Below are positions 21,136 through 35,004 of a stretch of DNA of 64,000 nucleotides, in pieces. Under the pieces are notes generated by a model, which was not told where the DNA came from, did not search any database, and was given only the letters and a program-made list of their open reading frames with translations. Location of the stretch: the NCBI GenBank assembly GCA_002633005.1, contig NMRA01000578.1, positions 203,408 through 267,407 of the forward strand, given 5' to 3'. Source of the DNA: Phoronis australis. Its lineage: Eukaryota; Animalia; Phoronida. Position 1 is the first letter of the stretch. The number at the start of each line of letters is the position of its first letter. The position numbers and the translations under genes were made by a program.

Positions 21136-24100
21136 GTAATTGATGTTGATTTCTTATAATTTAAAACTAGATACTACCTTTTCCTCTCGTTTCAAAATTA
21201 AATCAAACACATATGCTGAACCAAAAATACATAGAACCCTGAAATGCGCAAGATGGAAAACATAGAACCCGGGACACATGGGGATGACCCGCAGAAATGA
21301 AACGATTTTCTCGTGTTGGCTGCGAATTCAGTTGAAAAAATTCTAGTTGACTGTTCAACGTTCGTGATTGGCATACTGAATGTGATTAAAATGTCAGTTT
21401 AGTTATACTATCAAAACGGAACCATGGAGTAGAAAGCAGAGCAGTGGGGGTAGGGGAAGCACCCCCCAAACCAAACTTGGAGGGCCTAATGAACATTTCG
21501 AACAAAAACATATAGACGCCACTGATGAGGAATTGGGGTGGGGGTGGTGTGTGTATCGACATGGTTATCCTACTAGGTTTTGATCATCAATTTCTTCCAG
21601 AACTACAATCATTGACACTGGTACGTGGGAATGGCACGGTGAACGGATGCGCTGAGAAACAAATTACTTTAATGTAAATGCAAGATATTACACACTTATT
21701 GTCTGAGGACAGTAAGTTGGCGTTAGACCCCAAAAACGTGATTATATCCGACACGGGGCCAACAAATTAGTCCCACTAATGCCGAGAGGATTCTAACTTT
21801 GAATAGGTAAGAAGAGACCGAAGAGAGATTAAAGCCATGATCTCTGTTGAGGTTTGGCTGATTAGCATCTTTTAAAATAGCACAACAGTGTCATTTTAGT
21901 AACAACAACAACATGAAGAATGTGCAACTTTCACCAACTTCGCAACCACTTGAAACATATAACGGAAAACGGTGGCTAAGTTTTGTTTTCACTTTTAGTA
22001 ACATTCTTCAAATCCTTTATGAAAATACGTTAAAAATATTAATCAGAGGGCGTAATTCAAGGTATAGCTCTGGAGAAACCTCTCTCAGACCCAGTATTCA
22101 CCACGACAGTAAGTTGCCATGGCAACAAAAATTAACTAATACATCATTTTGTACTTGAGAGTAACTTCTTATCGGCCACCATGATCTACAATTAGTCAAG
22201 TCCATTTCTCCTTCTCGCGACTACATAGAAAACTCATGATTTTGCGCAACACAGAAAAAATCTTTTCCATCTGACGACTCCCCACATAGGTATTTTTTAG
22301 CCTGAACGGTCTGTTCTAGAATTCTCTTGTTCGTATACTTTATGCAAAATGCTATTCATTGCCTATTAAACTATTCACCAAAAGTAAATGTACCATCTGT
22401 TTCTGCTCGTTTTCCAGGAAATTGAGAAACTGAATATGATTTATGTATGTTTGATGCACTTTAAGGCAGAATTCGACATGAATTATATGGGAAATGGTGC
22501 CTTCTTGCGTTTGAACCGATCGGACGACAATGGTTATTAAAGTTGGCGGTCTTTGTACCAAGTGCTTCAAACAGACTTTTAAGTGAATGTCGCTGTCTCT
22601 TTTGTTATACATGAAGAGAAAAATATAATGTGGCACTGATATAACCCACCTGCTTTTGTGTTTCTTTATGTCCAAGTGTTTGAGCAGTAGTAAATTTATT
22701 TCAAAAATTCATATACATTTCAACTGAATTACAACACCCAATATCAGATTTCGTCAATCGTATTTGTTTTTCCAGGTAATTATGTCAGCCTGAGTTGATA
22801 AAAATTGGGAGCTTATCTCTCAAAGTTGAAACTTTTCTTTATTTTCCAAATATGCTCTGACGTCACTTCCTTATTATATAGTACTACTATCCATGTTGGT
22901 TTCTTCGGGGTTTAATCCTCGTCCCTTTTATGTCGTGAAATACGGGTGCTATCTGAAATGTAACAGACACACTTTTATTTTCCTTTGAAAATAGGGCACA
23001 ACTGATCGAAAACTACTGAATTTCTTGAATTTCTTGAAACATACATATATATGTACATACATACATACATATATATACATACATACATACATACATTCAT
23101 TCATTCATATATTAAGCCTGTAAAGGCACAGCTTTCACATAAGCAACACAGACCTGTGTACCATGAAGTTAAATAATGAAGAGTAAAGCAACACAGAATA
23201 TCAACAAATCTATTCATAGGGAAATACAGTCATGTCCTGATCCATTTACTTGCATTTGATTCATGCTTTGATACACAACGACGATTATTAACCTAATCGC
23301 CTAGCCCTGAAATTTGAGAAAAAATTGAAATTATTTACAAAATTTGTTATTTGTAAAGTGGTATGCGTGACTAACGTATTGGACGAAATAATGGCACACT
23401 GTAGGGAATGACTGATAACATCGAATCACAGGGCATTTTTCTCGGATAATGAAGAAATAGTTTTGCTAAGTAACGATTTGTTTCTCAGGGAAGGCAATAC
23501 CCGTGCAATAACAGGTGTCAGGACAGGTTACGATGTGAGGTGAAATCTCTGAAGCAGACTTTAGTATCCTTTTAAAACTGGATTTCATCTTTATTTAGTA
23601 GCAACAAACGAAAAAACAATCAAGCCACTTAGGCTGACAAAACTGGTCTCATAGTAGTCCTTATTGTAATATGACTCAATTACCTTTTTTCCAACAAGAG
23701 CATCAGACCAACAGCGACTCAAGAAAACTACAGAGTTTATTGGGGTAGGCTAACCATCAAACTGCTAATTGGAAGAAAAGTTATTACGTCACATCCATAC
23801 CAATTCATCGAAATTGGAGACAAGGAATATGGCGGCCGGCGGCGTATTCCCATGCATGAAAAAATTTGTTCAAACGGGCAAAATTCAACAAAACCAACTT
23901 CAATCTGAAGCTCATGTCAAAGGATCTATGAACTGTTTACTTTCCAGTTGACGTAATGTAATATCCCATAGAGAAGTGGTAAGGGATACAACCAAGACGG
24001 TGTAATCTCATAGACAACCAGAGTAAGGTGACGTCACTCATTACGTCCCTTTTTGAAAATGACGCAGGTATGCACGCTTATTCTGGAATAATGCAAGATC

Positions 24101-24889
24101 GGATGAGCATGGAAATGTCTTAAGTCCAAAACGTTAAAGAAAATCATTGGCAGTTAAACAGCGGTGAAATGGACTTGTTAATACGAAATGTTACTGATCA
24201 AATAAATATCATAACATCTATTCAATTTACTGTGCACACGTATGCATGTAAATGAATAATGCTACCTTTAACGCCCTACCAGTTGAGAGATTGTTGAAAA
24301 AGAGCCAAACATCTACAACAAAACTACAACCCAATTGACTGACTCTCAGTGAAAGTAAAAAGCGTGCAGAATATTTTTGAACCTTGTATCAATCTGTGGA
24401 ATTTAATTTTGAGCTTTATACCAATCTGCCATTCTTTGTATCACGTGACAATGTGTTTTGGTAAAGTTAAGGAAAAATGAAGGAAGGTACGTATGTAGAA
24501 CAACAACATTGAAAATTTTCCTTTGCTTTATATGTTAGTAATGAATTTTCAAATCGCTGTCATAGTTTTCTACATTATTCTTGCGTTTCTTTTTTATGCA
24601 ACTTGAGATTTTTACGAGAACATCATTACACAAAAATGAAAAATTTTGAAAACAATTTTCAGTGGAGTTTTTGGAAAACAGTGCAGAAACCACTGCGCGC
24701 ACTTGAAAGATTCAAAATAATCAGATTAGCACTTTCTGTGATGAGATGTTATTAAATAAGCTACATTTTGATATTTTTAGAAAAGTGGTCTAACCGCAAT
24801 TCTGTATCAACCAACAATCGCGCACGTCGATGATAACTGTCAGCATGACTGCGTTTCTTTTTGTATTTCCAAAATAACTTACCAATAGC

Positions 24890-27800
24890 TTAAATGTCAC
24901 GTCGTCCTTTTCCAAGTCGATATCGCCAGCAAGGATAAAGTCTTTTCAGTGGGCACTTCTTGCAGATTTTAAGAATAAATCTCAGAAATCCTGTAAGTAT
25001 AATGTAGGACAAACAGAGATTATCAATATTTCACCTTGTTCATGTAGTAGGAACAAAATCTTTTGCTCAGTATGCTGTATGGACATAAATACTACAGCAT
25101 TACAGGGGCGTGATTTCGCTTTTCTCGCAAGAAATTTGCTCTGCGGAACACTTCGTACACTCGAAGTGATTTCGCAAACGAGAGTGGTTGGTGAAAATGT
25201 AAAAAGGAGTTTCATGAACACTGAAAAATTCTTTGCTTTCATGTGAATGGTAGTGAACTGTTTGAGCATAATAAAATCATCAACACTTTTCTATCAGATA
25301 AGTAAGAATCATTAGCCTTCTTACGTGCCATAGGTGGTTGACACTGCGTGACCTGTAGTTAATTAAGTCCAAAACGAACCCTGTCCTGGCCGAGGTTGGA
25401 ACCAGGACTCTCTGCTAGCAACGCAGTGAGTCCCGAGTCAGATCCCCGGTCGGGAGAGTGAGACTTAACTGTAGTGTGACCAACATATAGCATGTAAGAA
25501 GACTAATAAATATTTGGTACAGTTTAACAACGCGCTGATCTTATTTCTTCTTGGTCCACTTTCCGCACCTTTTAGAGAATTGACAGCTGTTACACTAACG
25601 GCCCACCGACCAATCTTGTCGTTTATTCATTCTGGCCATTTTTGGTTTTTATTTTTAATATTTTTGGTTGAGGTTGCTTTTGTAATCTGATCCTTCTATT
25701 TCTTTGGTTAACCTGTGGTTGTTTATTTTTCCAAGAAAAGTTGTAAGCGACTTTCAGTCGTTAATACTTACTCTTAGTATTTCCTTTCTATTTCATCGTT
25801 TGAACACGTGTCAGTATCTCGGTACACAGAATGCTGAATAGCGAGTAGTGATACCAGTTACAAGTTATTGCGATCTGTATTAAATTCGTTTATATATCGA
25901 AAAATGTGTTTCGAGCGATAATCTAAACTTAACCCACAACCTTTGAAACATCAAAATCATTGCAAGTATTTCTATATCTCACTAACATAGAAGTGATAAC
26001 CATGGCTACTGGTCGCAGAACACTTACCAGGAAAATGGAACGCTTACCACAGTAGGGAGCCCTAGCCATCGTCCCCTAAACACTTACCTGGTTCTGTAAG
26101 ATCTCATAGGACGCACAGCGAACCCTGGTGTATGGTAAATGTGTATTCGTGTAGTTGAAGTGCGGCTTCTATGGTAAGGGTTCTTTGCGCTTGGTAAGAG
26201 TTCTTTCGTTGGCTGGTAAGTTTTTTGTAAAGAGTGGTAAGAGTTTCCCTTCATGTTCGTGTTATATGCTGTGCGGCACGAGGTCATTAAGGGTTTGACT
26301 ACCCTTCCTGTGGCAAATCAAGGTTGTGACACATCAAGAAGAGAAATAAATTCTCCGCCGTGGAATCACTACTCACCTGGAATACGACGTCTAGTTGTCG
26401 GATGACACAGTAGCACTATAGGTTTAGTGCATTTGGCGCAATACTTCTTCCGTTTGGCAGGGTCTGCAAATTAAAATAATTCGACAATATTTGATCACGT
26501 TTTGACCCTTTTGACAATATAACCACTAATTAACACTCGTTCATTGTAGTTACCCGTCAAATGATCTTCAAAAACTTTAACAGTTGTATAGACTATAATA
26601 AAAAGCACCTTGAAGATCAGACGGTGTGTATCTCCAGTAGATGAGTCTTATACGTTGGTGAAGATTGACTACATACTACATTTATTAAAATACTATGTTT
26701 TTAGAATCCCGTATAAAAAAGAAAACAAGGCACTCTATTGGTTTTCCACGTAGAATAAGTTTACAGTACAGAGGTTAAAAATTGCTTAAATTTGAATGGT
26801 TTTTAGATATTAATAGAAAACAGTTTTACAACAGAAATGTACATTCTGAAAAACACTTATACTACACCAGCTGATCTCTGAATACCAAAGGGACTATTTC
26901 TTCGCTGATTAAACGTAGTATCTCAGTCATATGAATTGTTCATTTTAGATAAATAATTAAAGCAACAAATTTCAGGGCAACTTGTGCATGGCGTGTTTAT
27001 GAATACATGTACTCCATGTTGTTAACTTTCAATATTTGAAGAATCATAAATGGTTGTTTGGTAAGAATTGTGACATAGGGACAAAAATGTTAGTCACATG
27101 GGGCACATGTTTGAAGATGACATATAAATTGTGACCTCAGTTTTAACATGGCGAATATTAGAGAAAACTGCGCTGAACTGTGTCTTTTACACAGGCTTAC
27201 ATCACACGAAACTAAAAAAGTATCAAAATTTGATAACTGATGGACAAATTTTAATTGAGCTAATTAATTACAGAAGAGTAACGTCCTTCATTTTGTCATT
27301 CTTTTTACCCATGTTTCTCCATAAGCCACCCCAAAACCGTTTGTCAACTGACGAACAGTCCTGACACTCTTTTTCCTCTCTTTCAAATCCGTCTAGTGTC
27401 TCTAGCTTGTCCAGAAGTTCTGCAAAGAAAACACTAGTTATAGCTTTGGTGTCTCGGACGAAAAACTCTAAACTTATGCGCTTTTTAGTGTCTGAAAAGA
27501 CGGATATATTGGTTTATGGTACGGTGAGTCGACATTCCCAATTTTTGTCGATTTTATCAGGAAAGGTTTTCCTCTAACTCCACATTGCCAAAACTAATAA
27601 ATGAAAGATGTACTGATCTAGATATTTTACTTCCCTTTCCAAAATAAAATGTGGCGATCGAACTTGCTCCTGAATTGACTTCAGGAAGTATATGTTTTTT
27701 CAACAGTGTTAGCTCGTCGAAGGAACTGCTGTCTTTCCTCACCTCAAGCATAAGATAAAGAGCTCCATTGTCACAAAAATACCTAGTGTGGCCATAAAAT

Positions 27801-28160
27801 ATTAGCGTGGGACCTCCTGGCTAACTTCAAAGTTTGCATGTTTCTTCTGACAGATACAAAATCAAAATAAACTAATATTCTTCATTAAATTACACACATC
27901 CAATTTAGTAGTTACACCTTGAACTGTGACGTTTTCCTATTGCGTTGATTTGTAAACAAAATGTCAGACAATCCGAACACGAGGTCAGTTGCAAAATAAC
28001 AATGCTAACGTTACCCTTAAATGTTGTTTACAAACTGAATAGCTAAATTTGACTCTTACAGACAAGAGAATAACGACTTACCCTCCTCAGAATTTTCGTC
28101 AACAGTTCGGACATATCCATAGACAGATAAGCCAACAAGAATCACCAATACTGCTTTCAT
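24890..28160 (-). CDS. Secreted cationic 6-Cys peptide precursor, copy B; join(28160..28082,26463..26377,24990..24890); 88 aa MKAVLVILVGLSVYGYVRTVDENSEEDPAKRKKYCAKCTKPIVLLCHPTTRRRIPGFLRFILKICKKCPLKRLYPCWRYRLGKGRRDI
   Basis: Canonical splice sites at the same positions as in copy A. Exon 2 is 87 nt (in-frame 6-nt deletion). All six Cys and the GRR are retained. Confidence 0.85.
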
Positions 28161-28434
28161 CGTGCGGTCCCAGAACTACAGTCTGTAATATCGTACAATA
28201 TTACTGTGTAGTATTTCTCACCATGGGTTCGGAGAGAGCACTAGAACTGGGAATTGGTTCAGTGTCCCAAACTCATCAAAAAACATAATTCGTCTTCCGT
28301 TAGCAACAAATGCTTTAGAGTGGACCACGATGGTGTATGATCGTAGTGTTTACAAGTTACAACCCCCTGATTGTCTGGAATTAACAGCTTGGTTGACATG
28401 TCGCAACTATCCTATAAATCAGCGGTAGTACACA

Positions 28435-31400
28435 TAGGACATAGTCCATTCGATTCTAGGAAGCCAAGAAAATCACTTCCGTGGCTACTTTTTGGGGACA
28501 AGATAATTTTGGTATTTATAAGGTCATTAAGTACTATACTTTAAGAATTTAAAAAGTTCCCATGGTTTGACTTGCACGTTTTCGAGAAATTTGACCTAAA
28601 AATATGATTTTTTAATAATTTGGCACAGAAAACTAATCTTCGAAAACCAACAACACTAGACAAAAACTGAATGATTGGGTTTTATTCATTTGAAGTTACC
28701 GGACAAGAAAAGTGATAAATATTATGGCATTAGGTGAAAATTGCTCAAAAAGAGAAGCAGCTCCTCCTGTAGGCTAGAAAACATGCTAGTATTTTCTGAA
28801 ATCCTACCAAAAGAATAACACTGTTAACCATTTGGAACTTGATAAAGATTTGATATCACAAACTACATATGAACAACATACAATTCCAACCCTTCTACAA
28901 TGAATTCATTCTCATCACTTCAATTAATTGTCACAATTATCATTATCCACATTGCAATTCATTGTCAACTGTCACAGAGAATTATACACCATACAGTTCT
29001 GACAGTCACCAGCATGAAAAAAAATGTTGTCAACATTATCTGTCAGGTTACAAATTTAAAGTTCTTTAACAACATACACTTATTATGTTACTTCATCCAC
29101 TCCATCATCATTTATATCGTCATTATTGTCACCCAAAGTTGTTTCTTGAGACACCGTGTTCACACAGTCTGGACAGTCACACAACTTAGAACATGGCATA
29201 CCAGACTTCAAACAAGAGTACATTTTTTTACTACAACCACTTCTTTTAAAATTCCCATTAACATTTTTCATGACATTTTCTGGGGCTAAAGGCAGAGTCA
29301 TCCAGTGGAGCTTCAGACTATCCTGCTCCAAAAGTCACTCTTTACAAACTGAAGATGGTGCACTGACATGCTGTTGCAAGGCTCGTTTGTGAGTGGCACA
29401 CTGTTAGTTTGGTCTTTTGGCATGTAACAGCAAACAATCATTATTAGGACGCAGTGATGATTCCATCACAGATTTCAACCTGAATATGTAGTAGCGTGCT
29501 TTGTTAACTGTTGATGAGTAGCCGCACACTTGCATACAAACGGTTCAATGTCTTCCATGAGTTGACCAGGAAACACAAATGTTGAGCCTAATTTTAATGA
29601 CAAAGTTTAAAAAATATCTGCAACCCTGCACCCTACCCGAAATAACTTTTTCTGTCAACCTGAATAACGTTTCATCTTGTTACAGTAATTCTTTTAACTG
29701 AAACAGATAACCAAAATGCTCTTCACTTTAGCACACGTATGGCCAATAAGTGAAATTTCATTTTGTCTCAGGGCTCAGCAAAAATAAGCATTAAGAGAAA
29801 TGAGTATCATTACTAGCATTGATTGCACTGTACATTTGACTTCAAACAATTTAAAACATAGAAAAATTTTTATCATCCTTAATACTGTAGTTCAGTCTTT
29901 GAAAATAGAGGAATGGTCATGTTGGCAAGAGTTTTTGTTTGAAATTTAAAAGCGTCTTATTTACCATACACCTAAAATTTCTTTTGACGCTTCCTCTTTT
30001 AAAAAGCACATAATTGGAAGAGTAAACATTTTCTTATGCTAAAAACTGCAATTTAAGAATTTCCAACCTGTGAGATACTGAAATCTGAGCAACATTTGAA
30101 TTTTCAAGATTTTAATCTTGAAAATTCAAATGTTGCTCAGATTATTAAAATAATTACAGAACACCGGTAATATTTCCATTTTTCATATTTCTTAAATTTC
30201 AAACACTGCTCATATTTTGAATAAAAGGGACTAAAAATAGGTTTAGAAGTTCATAAAAAGCGATGTTGATCACTCACATGTAGGTAAAAACTACTGCCAG
30301 TACCTTTGAGATTGGGACGGCTAGTACTGCAAATTTATCAAGCAAAATAATTTTTTTCTCTGACCTACACTAAAGATTGTTTACCATAAATGACAGTTTT
30401 TAAGTATAGGTAGGCCTATTTACAGGTGAATGTTTGGAACTGGGATAGGTTTTCAACTTTTTCTTTTGTTTGTGAAGTTCCCCTGTGATGAAATTTGATT
30501 TGTGGCAAATGGTTTATTGTGGTGGCAAGACGGTACATTTCTTTGAACATTGTTAAATGTAACTGACAGTGACAATCTCCTTAATTTTCTAGTGGGTTCA
30601 ACATAATTTCCTTCATCAGCTTGGTCTTTTTCTTTTTTTAAGAGCTCTTTCAATTTTTGTTACATCCGTTACATGCCTGTAACACTGCTTGTGATAGAAG
30701 CATGCGCGCACCTAGACAGCCAGCTAGCTGTATGAAGACTATAGTCAGAATACAGCTAGGTACCACTGTGTGATAATCTTCCATAGACTCCGGAATTGCA
30801 CACAGCCAGGGTAGGTCTGCTCCGTCACCTCGCCATGAAACTTATATCAACATGTAAAGCTGAGACCGGATGGGGTGCATGCAAAATCTGGTAATCAACC
30901 GACATTCACCTTGCCCGTTACAGCCGTTTAAGTGAAAAAAATCTAATAAACGTCATTTTCTTGCGTAATCCTCCGCCTTTTTTAACAAAGAAAAGTTATG
31001 TCGTTGTATTGAAAGCAGTACGCTCGTGACACGTCCACGCGCCGTTTCCTAAATTTTTGCGACATCTCTCGGGAGATGATGATAGCTTGGCAGCAGCAAA
31101 CTTTCTTCTGCAATATTTGGTTTTTTCGGTATCAAAATTCTGAAAGCTTATAATGCAGTGAAACCAGTCCCGATAATTTGTTGTGAAGTGTACGCAACCT
31201 CCTGAAAGAAAAACAGTTGATTGAAGAATCGGCGAAAAAAGAAACTGACCAATAGGTGACGCAATATTTCATGGCACCGAAAGCCGACGCAGAAGATCGC
31301 TCCATAACTTTAGCAGCAGAAAAACGGTAGAACGCCAATTTTTCCAAAACCAGAAAATAACTTTATCTACTCGAATAATTGTGTAGTTTTTGATGACACT

Positions 31401-32524
31401 AATTTTGTGTCATATTTTATTTGGTCATTTGTTTACCCACGTCGGCGCAAAACTGTATATTTAGTGTACACCTTTGTACCATTAAGGCTAGCGCGCACCC
31501 AGCCTAAAAATAGGGGGCTCGAGTTTTTGAGAATGTGGACATTAATTAAGATTCACAGGGTACGTTCAGAGCTATGAATTGTGCATTCGCCGAATTTTGG
31601 TAGTTCTTGCCTTTTTAGTGGACTTTTGTCTCGTTTTATGCTTTTTTGGAATTTTCGTTTTGTCTGAGGCGGACCTTTTTACCCACTTTACCAAATGGGG
31701 GGCTCGTTCAAGCCCCTTGAGCCCCCCTGGGTGCGCTCTGTTTTTTTCACAAAAACTTAAAACCTTCGCAGTAGATACTTCACTTGCACTCAATGTTGAT
31801 ACATTTGTTTGCAGTAGCCTTAGACCAGGTAATACCTGAAAATTCCACCTCAGAAATTTGAGCAGAACCCGAGACATGAATGCAACAAGGAGCAGACATC
31901 TTGCGAGTCTATTGTAAAGTCGCACACTCGTTCAACAATTCATGGTTTCAGCAGAGCCCTAGCTCTCCCAAAACTGCTGTTTGCGAAACACAAAAGGTTT
32001 CATCATTCAGGAATATGCCAAAAAAATTTTCAGTATGATGACACTCGTAGCCACTTGACTTGGCTTTCCTCAGTTCATAATTGCTGCCTGCTTGTTTATG
32101 AGACATGACCCTTGGTAATTGCCTATTGCTTGCACACCATTCCATTAATACTATTCCATGTACAGTTGTACATAGTACTGGTAAACAAGTTAGCTAAGCC
32201 AGCAGGATAACATCAGCTGACTGTCCTCTGATGAAGGTTTTCATGAAGCAGGCTACTTTGAAGGGGAAAGATATGGACACAATATTTTCCAGGCATTTGA
32301 TTGGCTGTTCTGATCATTTTGCACTGACACCTGGTGGCTAATATGTTGAGGCTATATTTTTCCAACATTTAAATTAAAATTCTTACTAAACGTGCAAGTG
32401 TATTCTTAGAAACTTTTCTGAAATTGACTTTTGAACATCTGTAGATGGGTTTAATGCAAAGTTCCCACTCACCCCAAAAAGTAGCCACGAGGTAAAAGAT
32501 AGGAGAGCTGGGACTATGGCCTTA
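28435..32524 (-). mobile_element. Degenerate Academ-type DNA transposon private to unit B
   Basis: Absent at the orthologous site in A, C and D. Inverted ends GGACATAGTCC/GGACTATGGCC plus an exact 18-bp subterminal IR (CGTGGCTACTTTTTGGGG at ~28480 and ~32472). Minus-strand fragments CCIH...TWSK (~31850), YHKQCYRHVTDVTKIERA (~30670) and EPFVC..VNKARY...HAKRPN*Q...WMTLPLAP...CSKLCDCPDCVN (29130-29560) match the Academ N-terminus and the XPG/Cys8 C-terminus. Confidence 0.8.
30713..31490. mobile_element. Longer member of the same TAG...CTA family, 9-bp TSD GCGCGCACC, nested in a MITE (30701-31740) inside the Academ relic
   Basis: Exact TSD at 30704-30712 and 31491-31499. Confidence 0.75.
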
Positions 32525-32651
32525 TATACGTGTTTAGAACGAGTCAGTGAAGGCAACATGAATTCATAAAACGTGCAAAATCAAGATGACCACATAAGTG
32601 CCGTCCACACATAGACTTACCTTGGAACACTGAAGTTATTCCTGGGACGAG

Positions 32652-32789
32652 CATAGGCGGCGCAGCACTGAAAAAGTGGGGGCCAAAGCCCCCAGCCCCC
32701 TTTGGTGCACCGCCTGTAGACCATGGGAGGCGGAGCACTGAAAAAAGTGTGGGCTATGGCCCCCAGCCCCCTCTGGTGCGCCGCCCATG
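32652..32789. mobile_element. Dimeric CATAGGCGGCGCA...TGCGCCGCCCATG MITE with 5-bp TSD ACGAG
   Basis: Exact TSD; absent from unit A. Confidence 0.75.
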
Positions 32790-34878
32790 ACGAGTTGACG
32801 CTACGTTTGAGTGCTGTCTGGACGCCATTTAAACTAGTGACAACTTACACCGCAATATCGAGATGGGTTAACTTGTTTCAGTTAAGGTAACTCAGTCGTG
32901 CTACTTGTAGTCGCCGCTGCAAAAGTGGGGTCGGGCGGAAGTAATTATCAGCCGTGGTTACATACACAGACGGGATTTCTTGCGAGCGCCATACTTGCGT
33001 TAGATATTCATTGTCATGCACAAAGCGACAACTTCCGCCTTGCCCTAGTTATCGGGTATGTGTGTGTGGACGCTCCGTTCAAACGTGGGATAAGTTGCAC
33101 TGGTGCAAGTTGCTCTAGAAAAGGCTGTGTGTGGACGGGACTACAGCCATCAGTGCGGTCTGGGGTTTTACTTCTGTTACACGCAGATACGAAGTCCGTG
33201 AACCATTACTACACGCATAGAATTCTAGCCCTGCGATTGAGTGCTAAGACGGATAGATATGATCTTTGGCTACACGCAATCCGACACTGGCCCGTCAACA
33301 ACAAATATATGCGACGACACGTGACGATGCGTTTTGTCAGTAATTCAACAAAAGGGTGCAATGAACGTCCATAAATCCTTGGTGTACGTTCATTGCTGTT
33401 AATAGTTTTCAACATAATGATGTTTAGACACCAAGTACGTTCGAGTTTTAAAAACCGAGATAAACTAAATGCATCAGAAATCACACGAAAAGAACAGAGT
33501 TCAGTCACTTGTAACTGTTAATGCGTATCTTCCATGTTTTGTATCATATGTCGTCCGACAGTCCAACAGACATTGAAATGAATACATTATTACCATTTTA
33601 TGTGAATAAAATATAAACATTACTATATCACCAATCAAGGCAATAGTAAGGAATTTATAACTGTTTCAATTCACTCAACAAATTTCTGGTCGAAAATATT
33701 TTTTTAAATATTGTATCCTGGGAATTTTAGTTTAGATCACTTCTCATGGGGATTGCGAAACTGGAATAAGAATTTCAAAAATGTCAAAAAATGACTCTGC
33801 ACCAATTTAAGAACCTAGGGTATAATGTATTACGTAAATATTCTGGTGTTGACGTACCTTCCAGTCGTTCAGAGAGTATCCGACTTGGCCGTCCTATATC
33901 AGTGTGATAACCGGCCGGCGACTACCGGGTTAAAAGTAAGAAGCGTGATGTTTCTGGCGTGAAGAGTATCTACACAAATACACACATTCACACACATATG
34001 TATATATATATATATTTGTACAATTCCGTGACGTTGATGTATTTCAAAGGAATGTGCACACTATACCCAACAACAGGACGTTCGGTTGTTGTGGACAAAA
34101 AACTGCACGATTGTATCAGTGAATCATCATCGCTATCATTATTTTTTGGGGGCCAACCTAGAAAGAGTAGAGCGGGACTCATACGCATAACTGAACATGT
34201 TGAAAAGGACAATCCCCAACAAAACACTATCAGAGTACAAATTTATCGGGCTGTTTGGCCCCCTGCGTGAAACAAGTCCCAGGCCCTGCGTGCCTCTTCG
34301 ATTAGACACACTTCTTTTCCTCATCATCATCATCTTCTTCATCACCATCATCGTCATCGTCATTGTCATCATCATCGAAGTCGCCTTCATCATCATATCA
34401 TCTCTGTAACTACTAAATGTACTACCGTTATTGCAGCCCCATTAGGCCCGTGGGCGTCTGTGCGGAACTGCGCCTATATGCAAAACTGAGGCGCATGCGC
34501 CAATATGTGAAGCACTTGTGCAAAAAAGGCTGTGAAAGGTATTGTTTCGAATATAAATCTATGAGCCTAAAAGCGCGGCAATACGGTAATACAAAATTCT
34601 GAATTTCTTGAAAATACTCCAAGAAACTCCAAAGATACAGAGGCAAACGTAAGATATGCCATTAGGAGGCGCAGCGGTAGTCAAAACGGGTGCGTCTATA
34701 TGCAGATTAATGCTAGAGCCTATGCATGACGAACGATATTACACTAATTTAAAAAATATCTCTTTAAACAAGCAAATAAACGTCTGCTCTGGTTGTCGAA
34801 GTAGTTTTTGGCTAAGAAATAAATACCAGGTCGATGAAAATGGTAGTCAGGAATTGAGGCAGGGTCATCGAAGCATAA

Positions 34879-35004
34879 ATATAGATTAATACATTGCGAA
34901 GTCGTCATCCCCATATTCTAGAGCCCCTCGGGCGATAATTTTCCAAAATTCACTCGGGCTCTAGACTATGGGGGATAACGACTTCGCCATGTAATAATCT
35001 ATAT
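34879..35004. mobile_element. 126-bp palindromic element private to unit B, TSD ATAA
   Basis: Near-complete hairpin ATATAGATT...AATCTATAT; empty site GAAGCATAAGTG in A and C. Confidence 0.75.

Larger units (their letters stand above)
8690..21140. repeat. Tandem segmental duplication unit A (boundaries approximate)
   Basis: Collinear landmarks recur: GTTGGCG(G)T(C)TT at ~9042/22542/35685/46983, (CATA)n at ~9520/23040/36180/47460, and the exon-2 donor at ~13126/26376/39739/52078. Confidence 0.9.

Noticed and set aside
34139-34409. Met-rich, Ile-rich and His-rich ORFs (also ~56117-56323)
   Set aside because: Translations of a degenerate trinucleotide tract; frame not conserved between units.
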